Below, in pieces: positions 1 through 12,800 of a stretch of 64,000 bases of DNA (its first letter is position 1; each line of letters opens with the position of its first letter). The DNA comes from Botryllus schlosseri (Eukaryota). The notes below the pieces were generated by a model that made no database searches, was not told where the DNA came from, and worked only from the letters and a program-made list of their open reading frames with translations. The stretch spans positions 26,352,001-26,416,000 of the forward strand of contig CM119372.1 in the NCBI GenBank assembly GCA_051294905.1, read 5' to 3'. The position numbers and the translations under genes are program-made.

Positions 1-591
1 GTCAAACATATTCAAGTGTATTTCAACTTTTACCATGGACAGCTGCTGCTGATTACATGAATAGAATCATCACTGACGGCAGAATTACTATGTACTGTAA
101 GCACTCTCCGCAAAGTGATAATTTTAAGGATTGTTAATTCAGATTTTGCTAATCCAGACTTCTTGCACAACATGTTCACGGTGAACACTGAATCGTCATG
201 CGATAACCTGTCGATGTTGTTAACCATACCCCGAAAATGACATTATTAACCTTCAAATCTGCGCTCTCCTTGCCTGCCATGATGTCGTATCGCGATACAA
301 CCAGCAACGGATTTCGAAATTCACCAGGGTTGCCAGATATCTTCTGAGAAAAAGGGCCAAACAGCGACGGATAAGGGGACATATTGTTCAATACCGTAAC
401 GTTGATAAAGTTCCACAACTATACACTGGATCCAACTACAATACCTGTTACTATTTCAAGCCTTTTCCAACTGAATATAAAATCGTAAAATAAAACTTTT
501 TGTGCAATACTTTTTCGACCACCTGTTCACAAATCTGTATTTACAATTACAACACAGTCTACATACTACAAAAACAAATCTTCATCTTCTC

Positions 592-655
592 CAGTGGTTC
601 TCAACCTTTTAGTCTTCGCGGAACCCTTTCGGAACGTCACGGAAATCCCCCAAGT
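592..655 (+). mobile_element. Truncated hAT (Charlie/Buster-like) terminal fragment
   Basis: CAGTGGTTCTCAACCTT at 592-608 differs by one base from the TIR of the element at 25967 (CAGTGGTTCTTAACCTT). Repeated CGGAA(C) subterminal-like motifs follow it. No partner TIR is visible before the array. The end coordinate is approximate. Confidence 0.55.
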
Positions 656-739
656 TTTACTTCAAATCGTGCAATCGTCATCTCTGATTTGTGCAATAGG
701 CCTAAACAAGCTGCTAACCACCTACTAAAAGACGGACCT

Positions 740-823
740 ACGGGGCTCGTTCACTTTCGGACCAAAAACACATTTTCTCCGTAAGGCTGCAGTCAGTTTG
801 GTCCGAAAGTGAACGAGCCCCGT
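740..823. mobile_element. 84-bp MITE-like hairpin (perfect 27-bp inverted repeat)
   Basis: ACGGGGCTCGTTCACTTTCGGACCAAA (740-766) and its exact reverse complement (797-823) enclose a 30-nt spacer. CCT lies on both sides (737-739, 824-826), a possible 3-bp TSD. The inverted repeat is certain; the MITE call is inference. Confidence 0.6.
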
Positions 824-3800
824 CCTGTTCCGGTTTCGTCAAATTCCGATTTGAGATTACGCTGCATGATTCGCAAAATACCTATTTTGAAATGTTAGTA
901 ACCTTCATAGCTGTCATAAAAATGCACAGATACCTCAAATATGTGACTGGCGTACTCAACTTGAATAGTGCTTTCAGAACTACATTCATTGCAGTAGAAT
1001 TTATTACCTCGGTGACGGTGACGGGTTTCCTCTGAAAGTTAGACCGATTGCACGCAATAACTTTTCCCTGACTGTTGTACTTAGAGAGATATTGGCAAAT
1101 TTTGACATTTTGGGGGGTATGAAATTGACCTCGATTTCTCCATGTTCCCGAAGGCCTAGAACTACAATTCCGGTATCAGAGTGTCTAACTCTGAAAGTTA
1201 GACCGATTGCACGCAATAACTTTTCCCTGACTGTTGTACTTAGAGAGATATTGGCAAATTTTGACATTTTGGGGGGTATGAAATTGACCTCGATTTCTCC
1301 ATGTTCCCGAAGGCCTAGAACTACAATTCCGGTATCAGAGTGTCTAACTCTGAAAGTTAGACCGATTGCACGCAATAACTTTTCCCTGACTGTTGTACTT
1401 AGAGAGATATTGGCAAATTTTGACATTTTGGGGGGTATGAAATTGACCTCGATTTCTCCATGTTCCCGAAGGCCTAGAACTACAATTCCGGTATCAGAGT
1501 GTCTAACTCTGAAAGTTAGACCGATTGCACGCAATAACTTTTCCCTGACTGTTGTACTTAGAGAGATATTGGCAAATTTTGACATTTTGGGGGGTATGAA
1601 ATTGACCTCGATTTCTCCATGTTCCCGAAGGCCTAGAACTACAATTCCGGTATCAGAGTGTCTAACTCTGAAAGTTAGACCGATTGCACGCAATAACTTT
1701 TCCCTGACTGTTGTACTTAGAGAGATATTGGCAAATTTTGACATTTTGGGGGGTATGAAATTGACCTCGATTTCTCCATGTTCCCGAAGGCCTAGAACTA
1801 CAATTCCGGTATCAGAGTGTCTAACTCTGAAAGTTAGACCGATTGCACGCAATAACTTTTCCCTGACTGTTGTACTTAGAGAGATATTGGCAAATTTTGA
1901 CATTTTGGGGGGTATGAAATTGACCTCGATTTCTCCATGTTCCCGAAGGCCTAGAACTACAATTCCGGTATCAGAGTGTCTAACTCTGAAAGTTAGACCG
2001 ATTGCACGCAATAACTTTTCCCTGACTGTTGTACTTAGAGAGATATTGGCAAATTTTGACATTTTGGGGGGTATGAAATTGACCTCGATTTCTCCATGTT
2101 CCCGAAGGCCTAGAACTACAATTCCGGTATCAGAGTGTCTAACTCTGAAAGTTAGACCGATTGCACGCAATAACTTTTCCCTGACTGTTGTACTTAGAGA
2201 GATATTGGCAAATTTTGACATTTTGGGGGGTATGAAATTGACCTCGATTTCTCCATGTTCCCGAAGGCCTAGAACTACAATTCCGGTATCAGAGTGTCTA
2301 ACTCTGAAAGTTAGACCGATTGCACGCAATAACTTTTCCCTGACTGTTGTACTTAGAGAGATATTGGCAAATTTTGACATTTTGGGGGGTATGAAATTGA
2401 CCTCGATTTCTCCATGTTCCCGAAGGCCTAGAACTACAATTCCGGTATCAGAGTGTCTAACTCTGAAAGTTAGACCGATTGCACGCAATAACTTTTCCCT
2501 GACTGTTGTACTTAGAGAGATATTGGCAAATTTTGACATTTTGGGGGGTATGAAATTGACCTCGATTTCTCCATGTTCCCGAAGGCCTAGAACTACAATT
2601 CCGGTATCAGAGTGTCTAACTCTGAAAGTTAGACCGATTGCACGCAATAACTTTTCCCTGACTGTTGTACTTAGAGAGATATTGGCAAATTTTGACATTT
2701 TGGGGGGTATGAAATTGACCTCGATTTCTCCATGTTCCCGAAGGCCTAGAACTACAATTCCGGTATCAGAGTGTCTAACTCTGAAAGTTAGACCGATTGC
2801 ACGCAATAACTTTTCCCTGACTGTTGTACTTAGAGAGATATTGGCAAATTTTGACATTTTGGGGGGTATGAAATTGACCTCGATTTCTCCATGTTCCCGA
2901 AGGCCTAGAACTACAATTCCGGTATCAGAGTGTCTAACTCTGAAAGTTAGACCGATTGCACGCAATAACTTTTCCCTGACTGTTGTACTTAGAGAGATAT
3001 TGGCAAATTTTGACATTTTGGGGGGTATGAAATTGACCTCGATTTCTCCATGTTCCCGAAGGCCTAGAACTACAATTCCGGTATCAGAGTGTCTAACTCT
3101 GAAAGTTAGACCGATTGCACGCAATAACTTTTCCCTGACTGTTGTACTTAGAGAGATATTGGCAAATTTTGACATTTTGGGGGGTATGAAATTGACCTCG
3201 ATTTCTCCATGTTCCCGAAGGCCTAGAACTACAATTCCGGTATCAGAGTGTCTAACTCTGAAAGTTAGACCGATTGCACGCAATAACTTTTCCCTGACTG
3301 TTGTACTTAGAGAGATATTGGCAAATTTTGACATTTTGGGGGGTATGAAATTGACCTCGATTTCTCCATGTTCCCGAAGGCCTAGAACTACAATTCCGGT
3401 ATCAGAGTGTCTAACTCTGAAAGTTAGACCGATTGCACGCAATAACTTTTCCCTGACTGTTGTACTTAGAGAGATATTGGCAAATTTTGACATTTTGGGG
3501 GGTATGAAATTGACCTCGATTTCTCCATGTTCCCGAAGGCCTAGAACTACAATTCCGGTATCAGAGTGTCTAACTCTGAAAGTTAGACCGATTGCACGCA
3601 ATAACTTTTCCCTGACTGTTGTACTTAGAGAGATATTGGCAAATTTTGACATTTTGGGGGGTATGAAATTGACCTCGATTTCTCCATGTTCCCGAAGGCC
3701 TAGAACTACAATTCCGGTATCAGAGTGTCTAACTCTGAAAGTTAGACCGATTGCACGCAATAACTTTTCCCTGACTGTTGTACTTAGAGAGATATTGGCA

Positions 3801-6800
3801 AATTTTGACATTTTGGGGGGTATGAAATTGACCTCGATTTCTCCATGTTCCCGAAGGCCTAGAACTACAATTCCGGTATCAGAGTGTCTAACTCTGAAAG
3901 TTAGACCGATTGCACGCAATAACTTTTCCCTGACTGTTGTACTTAGAGAGATATTGGCAAATTTTGACATTTTGGGGGGTATGAAATTGACCTCGATTTC
4001 TCCATGTTCCCGAAGGCCTAGAACTACAATTCCGGTATCAGAGTGTCTAACTCTGAAAGTTAGACCGATTGCACGCAATAACTTTTCCCTGACTGTTGTA
4101 CTTAGAGAGATATTGGCAAATTTTGACATTTTGGGGGGTATGAAATTGACCTCGATTTCTCCATGTTCCCGAAGGCCTAGAACTACAATTCCGGTATCAG
4201 AGTGTCTAACTCTGAAAGTTAGACCGATTGCACGCAATAACTTTTCCCTGACTGTTGTACTTAGAGAGATATTGGCAAATTTTGACATTTTGGGGGGTAT
4301 GAAATTGACCTCGATTTCTCCATGTTCCCGAAGGCCTAGAACTACAATTCCGGTATCAGAGTGTCTAACTCTGAAAGTTAGACCGATTGCACGCAATAAC
4401 TTTTCCCTGACTGTTGTACTTAGAGAGATATTGGCAAATTTTGACATTTTGGGGGGTATGAAATTGACCTCGATTTCTCCATGTTCCCGAAGGCCTAGAA
4501 CTACAATTCCGGTATCAGAGTGTCTAACTCTGAAAGTTAGACCGATTGCACGCAATAACTTTTCCCTGACTGTTGTACTTAGAGAGATATTGGCAAATTT
4601 TGACATTTTGGGGGGTATGAAATTGACCTCGATTTCTCCATGTTCCCGAAGGCCTAGAACTACAATTCCGGTATCAGAGTGTCTAACTCTGAAAGTTAGA
4701 CCGATTGCACGCAATAACTTTTCCCTGACTGTTGTACTTAGAGAGATATTGGCAAATTTTGACATTTTGGGGGGTATGAAATTGACCTCGATTTCTCCAT
4801 GTTCCCGAAGGCCTAGAACTACAATTCCGGTATCAGAGTGTCTAACTCTGAAAGTTAGACCGATTGCACGCAATAACTTTTCCCTGACTGTTGTACTTAG
4901 AGAGATATTGGCAAATTTTGACATTTTGGGGGGTATGAAATTGACCTCGATTTCTCCATGTTCCCGAAGGCCTAGAACTACAATTCCGGTATCAGAGTGT
5001 CTAACTCTGAAAGTTAGACCGATTGCACGCAATAACTTTTCCCTGACTGTTGTACTTAGAGAGATATTGGCAAATTTTGACATTTTGGGGGGTATGAAAT
5101 TGACCTCGATTTCTCCATGTTCCCGAAGGCCTAGAACTACAATTCCGGTATCAGAGTGTCTAACTCTGAAAGTTAGACCGATTGCACGCAATAACTTTTC
5201 CCTGACTGTTGTACTTAGAGAGATATTGGCAAATTTTGACATTTTGGGGGGTATGAAATTGACCTCGATTTCTCCATGTTCCCGAAGGCCTAGAACTACA
5301 ATTCCGGTATCAGAGTGTCTAACTCTGAAAGTTAGACCGATTGCACGCAATAACTTTTCCCTGACTGTTGTACTTAGAGAGATATTGGCAAATTTTGACA
5401 TTTTGGGGGGTATGAAATTGACCTCGATTTCTCCATGTTCCCGAAGGCCTAGAACTACAATTCCGGTATCAGAGTGTCTAACTCTGAAAGTTAGACCGAT
5501 TGCACGCAATAACTTTTCCCTGACTGTTGTACTTAGAGAGATATTGGCAAATTTTGACATTTTGGGGGGTATGAAATTGACCTCGATTTCTCCATGTTCC
5601 CGAAGGCCTAGAACTACAATTCCGGTATCAGAGTGTCTAACTCTGAAAGTTAGACCGATTGCACGCAATAACTTTTCCCTGACTGTTGTACTTAGAGAGA
5701 TATTGGCAAATTTTGACATTTTGGGGGGTATGAAATTGACCTCGATTTCTCCATGTTCCCGAAGGCCTAGAACTACAATTCCGGTATCAGAGTGTCTAAC
5801 TCTGAAAGTTAGACCGATTGCACGCAATAACTTTTCCCTGACTGTTGTACTTAGAGAGATATTGGCAAATTTTGACATTTTGGGGGGTATGAAATTGACC
5901 TCGATTTCTCCATGTTCCCGAAGGCCTAGAACTACAATTCCGGTATCAGAGTGTCTAACTCTGAAAGTTAGACCGATTGCACGCAATAACTTTTCCCTGA
6001 CTGTTGTACTTAGAGAGATATTGGCAAATTTTGACATTTTGGGGGGTATGAAATTGACCTCGATTTCTCCATGTTCCCGAAGGCCTAGAACTACAATTCC
6101 GGTATCAGAGTGTCTAACTCTGAAAGTTAGACCGATTGCACGCAATAACTTTTCCCTGACTGTTGTACTTAGAGAGATATTGGCAAATTTTGACATTTTG
6201 GGGGGTATGAAATTGACCTCGATTTCTCCATGTTCCCGAAGGCCTAGAACTACAATTCCGGTATCAGAGTGTCTAACTCTGAAAGTTAGACCGATTGCAC
6301 GCAATAACTTTTCCCTGACTGTTGTACTTAGAGAGATATTGGCAAATTTTGACATTTTGGGGGGTATGAAATTGACCTCGATTTCTCCATGTTCCCGAAG
6401 GCCTAGAACTACAATTCCGGTATCAGAGTGTCTAACTCTGAAAGTTAGACCGATTGCACGCAATAACTTTTCCCTGACTGTTGTACTTAGAGAGATATTG
6501 GCAAATTTTGACATTTTGGGGGGTATGAAATTGACCTCGATTTCTCCATGTTCCCGAAGGCCTAGAACTACAATTCCGGTATCAGAGTGTCTAACTCTGA
6601 AAGTTAGACCGATTGCACGCAATAACTTTTCCCTGACTGTTGTACTTAGAGAGATATTGGCAAATTTTGACATTTTGGGGGGTATGAAATTGACCTCGAT
6701 TTCTCCATGTTCCCGAAGGCCTAGAACTACAATTCCGGTATCAGAGTGTCTAACTCTGAAAGTTAGACCGATTGCACGCAATAACTTTTCCCTGACTGTT

Positions 6801-9800
6801 GTACTTAGAGAGATATTGGCAAATTTTGACATTTTGGGGGGTATGAAATTGACCTCGATTTCTCCATGTTCCCGAAGGCCTAGAACTACAATTCCGGTAT
6901 CAGAGTGTCTAACTCTGAAAGTTAGACCGATTGCACGCAATAACTTTTCCCTGACTGTTGTACTTAGAGAGATATTGGCAAATTTTGACATTTTGGGGGG
7001 TATGAAATTGACCTCGATTTCTCCATGTTCCCGAAGGCCTAGAACTACAATTCCGGTATCAGAGTGTCTAACTCTGAAAGTTAGACCGATTGCACGCAAT
7101 AACTTTTCCCTGACTGTTGTACTTAGAGAGATATTGGCAAATTTTGACATTTTGGGGGGTATGAAATTGACCTCGATTTCTCCATGTTCCCGAAGGCCTA
7201 GAACTACAATTCCGGTATCAGAGTGTCTAACTCTGAAAGTTAGACCGATTGCACGCAATAACTTTTCCCTGACTGTTGTACTTAGAGAGATATTGGCAAA
7301 TTTTGACATTTTGGGGGGTATGAAATTGACCTCGATTTCTCCATGTTCCCGAAGGCCTAGAACTACAATTCCGGTATCAGAGTGTCTAACTCTGAAAGTT
7401 AGACCGATTGCACGCAATAACTTTTCCCTGACTGTTGTACTTAGAGAGATATTGGCAAATTTTGACATTTTGGGGGGTATGAAATTGACCTCGATTTCTC
7501 CATGTTCCCGAAGGCCTAGAACTACAATTCCGGTATCAGAGTGTCTAACTCTGAAAGTTAGACCGATTGCACGCAATAACTTTTCCCTGACTGTTGTACT
7601 TAGAGAGATATTGGCAAATTTTGACATTTTGGGGGGTATGAAATTGACCTCGATTTCTCCATGTTCCCGAAGGCCTAGAACTACAATTCCGGTATCAGAG
7701 TGTCTAACTCTGAAAGTTAGACCGATTGCACGCAATAACTTTTCCCTGACTGTTGTACTTAGAGAGATATTGGCAAATTTTGACATTTTGGGGGGTATGA
7801 AATTGACCTCGATTTCTCCATGTTCCCGAAGGCCTAGAACTACAATTCCGGTATCAGAGTGTCTAACTCTGAAAGTTAGACCGATTGCACGCAATAACTT
7901 TTCCCTGACTGTTGTACTTAGAGAGATATTGGCAAATTTTGACATTTTGGGGGGTATGAAATTGACCTCGATTTCTCCATGTTCCCGAAGGCCTAGAACT
8001 ACAATTCCGGTATCAGAGTGTCTAACTCTGAAAGTTAGACCGATTGCACGCAATAACTTTTCCCTGACTGTTGTACTTAGAGAGATATTGGCAAATTTTG
8101 ACATTTTGGGGGGTATGAAATTGACCTCGATTTCTCCATGTTCCCGAAGGCCTAGAACTACAATTCCGGTATCAGAGTGTCTAACTCTGAAAGTTAGACC
8201 GATTGCACGCAATAACTTTTCCCTGACTGTTGTACTTAGAGAGATATTGGCAAATTTTGACATTTTGGGGGGTATGAAATTGACCTCGATTTCTCCATGT
8301 TCCCGAAGGCCTAGAACTACAATTCCGGTATCAGAGTGTCTAACTCTGAAAGTTAGACCGATTGCACGCAATAACTTTTCCCTGACTGTTGTACTTAGAG
8401 AGATATTGGCAAATTTTGACATTTTGGGGGGTATGAAATTGACCTCGATTTCTCCATGTTCCCGAAGGCCTAGAACTACAATTCCGGTATCAGAGTGTCT
8501 AACTCTGAAAGTTAGACCGATTGCACGCAATAACTTTTCCCTGACTGTTGTACTTAGAGAGATATTGGCAAATTTTGACATTTTGGGGGGTATGAAATTG
8601 ACCTCGATTTCTCCATGTTCCCGAAGGCCTAGAACTACAATTCCGGTATCAGAGTGTCTAACTCTGAAAGTTAGACCGATTGCACGCAATAACTTTTCCC
8701 TGACTGTTGTACTTAGAGAGATATTGGCAAATTTTGACATTTTGGGGGGTATGAAATTGACCTCGATTTCTCCATGTTCCCGAAGGCCTAGAACTACAAT
8801 TCCGGTATCAGAGTGTCTAACTCTGAAAGTTAGACCGATTGCACGCAATAACTTTTCCCTGACTGTTGTACTTAGAGAGATATTGGCAAATTTTGACATT
8901 TTGGGGGGTATGAAATTGACCTCGATTTCTCCATGTTCCCGAAGGCCTAGAACTACAATTCCGGTATCAGACTGTCTAACTCTGAAAGTTAGACCGATTG
9001 CACGCAATAACTTTTCCCTGACTGTTGTACTTAGAGAGATATTGGCAAATTTTGACATTTTGGGGGGTATGAAATTGACCTCGATTTCTCCATGTTCCCG
9101 AAGGCCTAGAACTACAATTCCGGTATCAGAGTGTCTAACTCTGTAAGTTAGACCGATTGCACGCAATAACTTTTCCGTGACTGTTGTACTTAGAGAGATA
9201 TTGGCAAATTTTGACATTTTGGGGGGTATGAAATTGACCTCGATTTCTCCATGTTCCCGAAGGCCTAGAACTACAATTCCGGTATCAGAGTGTCTAACTC
9301 TGAAAGTTAGACCGATTGCACGCAATAACTTTTCCCTGACTGTTGTACTTAGAGAGATATTGGCAAATTTTGACATTTTGGGGGGTATGAGATTGACCTC
9401 GATTTCTCCATGTTCCCGAAGGCCTAGAACTACAATTCCGGTATCAGAGTGTCTAACTCTGAAAGTTAGACCGATTGCACGCAATAACTTTTCCCTGACT
9501 GTTGTACTTAGAGAGATATTGGCAAATTTTGACATTTTGGGGGGTATGAAATTGACCTCGATTTCTCCATGTTCCCGAAGGCCTAGAACTACAATTCCGG
9601 TATCAGAGTGTCTAACTCTGAAAGTTAGACCGATTGCACGCAATAACTTTTCCCTGACTGTTGTACTTAGAGAGATATTGGCAAATTTTGACATTTTGGG
9701 GGGTATGAAATTGACCTCGATTTCTCCATGTTCCCGAAGGCCTAGAACTACAATTCCGGTATCAGAGTGTCTAACTCTGAAAGTTAGACCGATTGCACGC

Positions 9801-12800
9801 AATAACTTTTCCCTGACTGTTGTACTTAGAGAGATATTGGCAAATTTTGACATTTTGGGGGGTATGAAATTGACCTCGATTTCTCCATGTTCCCGAAGGC
9901 CTAGAACTACAATTCCGGTATCAGAGTGTCTAACTCTGAAAGTTAGACCGATTGCACGCAATAACTTTTCCCTGACTGTTGTACTTAGAGAGATATTGGC
10001 AAATTTTGACATTTTGGGGGGTATGAAATTGACCTCGATTTCTCCATGTTCCCGAAGGCCTAGAACTACAATTCCGGTATCAGAGTGTCTAACTCTGAAA
10101 GTTAGACCGATTGCACGCAATAACTTTTCCCTGACTGTTGTACTTAGAGAGATATTGGCAAATTTTGACATTTTGGGGGGTATGAAATTGACCTCGATTT
10201 CTCCATGTTCCCGAAGGCCTAGAACTACAATTCCGGTATCAGAGTGTCTAACTCTGAAAGTTAGACCGATTGCACGCAATAACTTTTCCCTGACTGTTGT
10301 ACTTAGAGAGATATTGGCAAATTTTGACATTTTGGGGGGTATGAAATTGACCTCGATTTCTCCATGTTCCCGAAGGCCTAGAACTACAATTCCGGTATCA
10401 GAGTGTCTAACTCTGAAAGTTAGACCGATTGCACGCAATAACTTTTCCCTGACTGTTGTACTTAGAGAGATATTGGCAAATTTTGACATTTTGGGGGGTA
10501 TGAAATTGACCTCGATTTCTCCATGTTCCCGAAGGCCTAGAACTACAATTCCGGTATCAGAGTGTCTAACTCTGAAAGTTAGACCGATTGCACGCAATAA
10601 CTTTTCCCTGACTGTTGTACTTAGAGAGATATTGGCAAATTTTGACATTTTGGGGGGTATGAAATTGACCTCGATTTCTCCATGTTCCCGAAGGCCTAGA
10701 ACTACAATTCCGGTATCAGAGTGTCTAACTCTGAAAGTTAGACCGATTGCACGCAATAACTTTTCCCTGACTGTTGTACTTAGAGAGATATTGGCAAATT
10801 TTGACATTTTGGGGGGTATGAAATTGACCTCGATTTCTCCATGTTCCCGAAGGCCTAGAACTACAATTCCGGTATCAGAGTGTCTAACTCTGAAAGTTAG
10901 ACCGATTGCACGCAATAACTTTTCCCTGACTGTTGTACTTAGAGAGATATTGGCAAATTTTGACATTTTGGGGGGTATGAAATTGACCTCGATTTCTCCA
11001 TGTTCCCGAAGGCCTAGAACTACAATTCCGGTATCAGAGTGTCTAACTCTGAAAGTTAGACCGATTGCACGCAATAACTTTTCCCTGACTGTTGTACTTA
11101 GAGAGATATTGGCAAATTTTGACATTTTGGGGGGTATGAAATTGACCTCGATTTCTCCATGTTCCCGAAGGCCTAGAACTACAATTCCGGTATCAGAGTG
11201 TCTAACTCTGAAAGTTAGACCGATTGCACGCAATAACTTTTCCCTGACTGTTGTACTTAGAGAGATATTGGCAAATTTTGACATTTTGGGGGGTATGAAA
11301 TTGACCTCGATTTCTCCATGTTCCCGAAGGCCTAGAACTACAATTCCGGTATCAGAGTGTCTAACTCTGAAAGTTAGACCGATTGCACGCAATAACTTTT
11401 CCCTGACTGTTGTACTTAGAGAGATATTGGCAAATTTTGACATTTTGGGGGGTATGAAATTGACCTCGATTTCTCCATGTTCCCGAAGGCCTAGAACTAC
11501 AATTCCGGTATCAGAGTGTCTAACTCTGAAAGTTAGACCGATTGCACGCAATAACTTTTCCCTGACTGTTGTACTTAGAGAGATATTGGCAAATTTTGAC
11601 ATTTTGGGGGGTATGAAATTGACCTCGATTTCTCCATGTTCCCGAAGGCCTAGAACTACAATTCCGGTATCAGAGTGTCTAACTCTGAAAGTTAGACCGA
11701 TTGCACGCAATAACTTTTCCCTGACTGTTGTACTTAGAGAGATATTGGCAAATTTTGACATTTTGGGGGGTATGAAATTGACCTCGATTTCTCCATGTTC
11801 CCGAAGGCCTAGAACTACAATTCCGGTATCAGAGTGTCTAACTCTGAAAGTTAGACCGATTGCACGCAATAACTTTTCCCTGACTGTTGTACTTAGAGAG
11901 ATATTGGCAAATTTTGACATTTTGGGGGGTATGAAATTGACCTCGATTTCTCCATGTTCCCGAAGGCCTAGAACTACAATTCCGGTATCAGAGTGTCTAA
12001 CTCTGAAAGTTAGACCGATTGCACGCAATAACTTTTCCCTGACTGTTGTACTTAGAGAGATATTGGCAAATTTTGACATTTTGGGGGGTATGAAATTGAC
12101 CTCGATTTCTCCATGTTCCCGAAGGCCTAGAACTACAATTCCGGTATCAGAGTGTCTAACTCTGAAAGTTAGACCGATTGCACGCAATAACTTTTCCCTG
12201 ACTGTTGTACTTAGAGAGATATTGGCAAATTTTGACATTTTGGGGGGTATGAAATTGACCTCGATTTCTCCATGTTCCCGAAGGCCTAGAACTACAATTC
12301 CGGTATCAGAGTGTCTAACTCTGAAAGTTAGACCGATTGCACGCAATAACTTTTCCCTGACTGTTGTACTTAGAGAGATATTGGCAAATTTTGACATTTT
12401 GGGGGGTATGAAATTGACCTCGATTTCTCCATGTTCCCGAAGGCCTAGAACTACAATTCCGGTATCAGAGTGTCTAACTCTGAAAGTTAGACCGATTGCA
12501 CGCAATAACTTTTCCCTGACTGTTGTACTTAGAGAGATATTGGCAAATTTTGACATTTTGGGGGGTATGAAATTGACCTCGATTTCTCCATGTTCCCGAA
12601 GGCCTAGAACTACAATTCCGGTATCAGAGTGTCTAACTCTGAAAGTTAGACCGATTGCACGCAATAACTTTTCCCTGACTGTTGTACTTAGAGAGATATT
12701 GGCAAATTTTGACATTTTGGGGGGTATGAAATTGACCTCGATTTCTCCATGTTCCCGAAGGCCTAGAACTACAATTCCGGTATCAGAGTGTCTAACTCTG

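Noticed and set aside
325..362. CAGGGTTGCCAGAT as another hAT-like terminus
   Set aside because: It resembles a TIR start, but no partner end or TSD is present in the window.
30..784. Short ORFs (65-94 aa) in the left flank
   Set aside because: No recognisable domain, and they overlap each other or TE fragments. An isolated exon cannot be excluded but is unsupported.
975..987. CAGAACTACATTC as a degenerate satellite remnant in the flank
   Set aside because: The similarity to TAGAACTACAATTC is too short and does not extend on either side.
1130..1160. CENP-B box in the monomer (TTCGGGAA on the minus strand)
   Set aside because: It does not fit the NTTCGNNNNANNCGGGN core on either strand.
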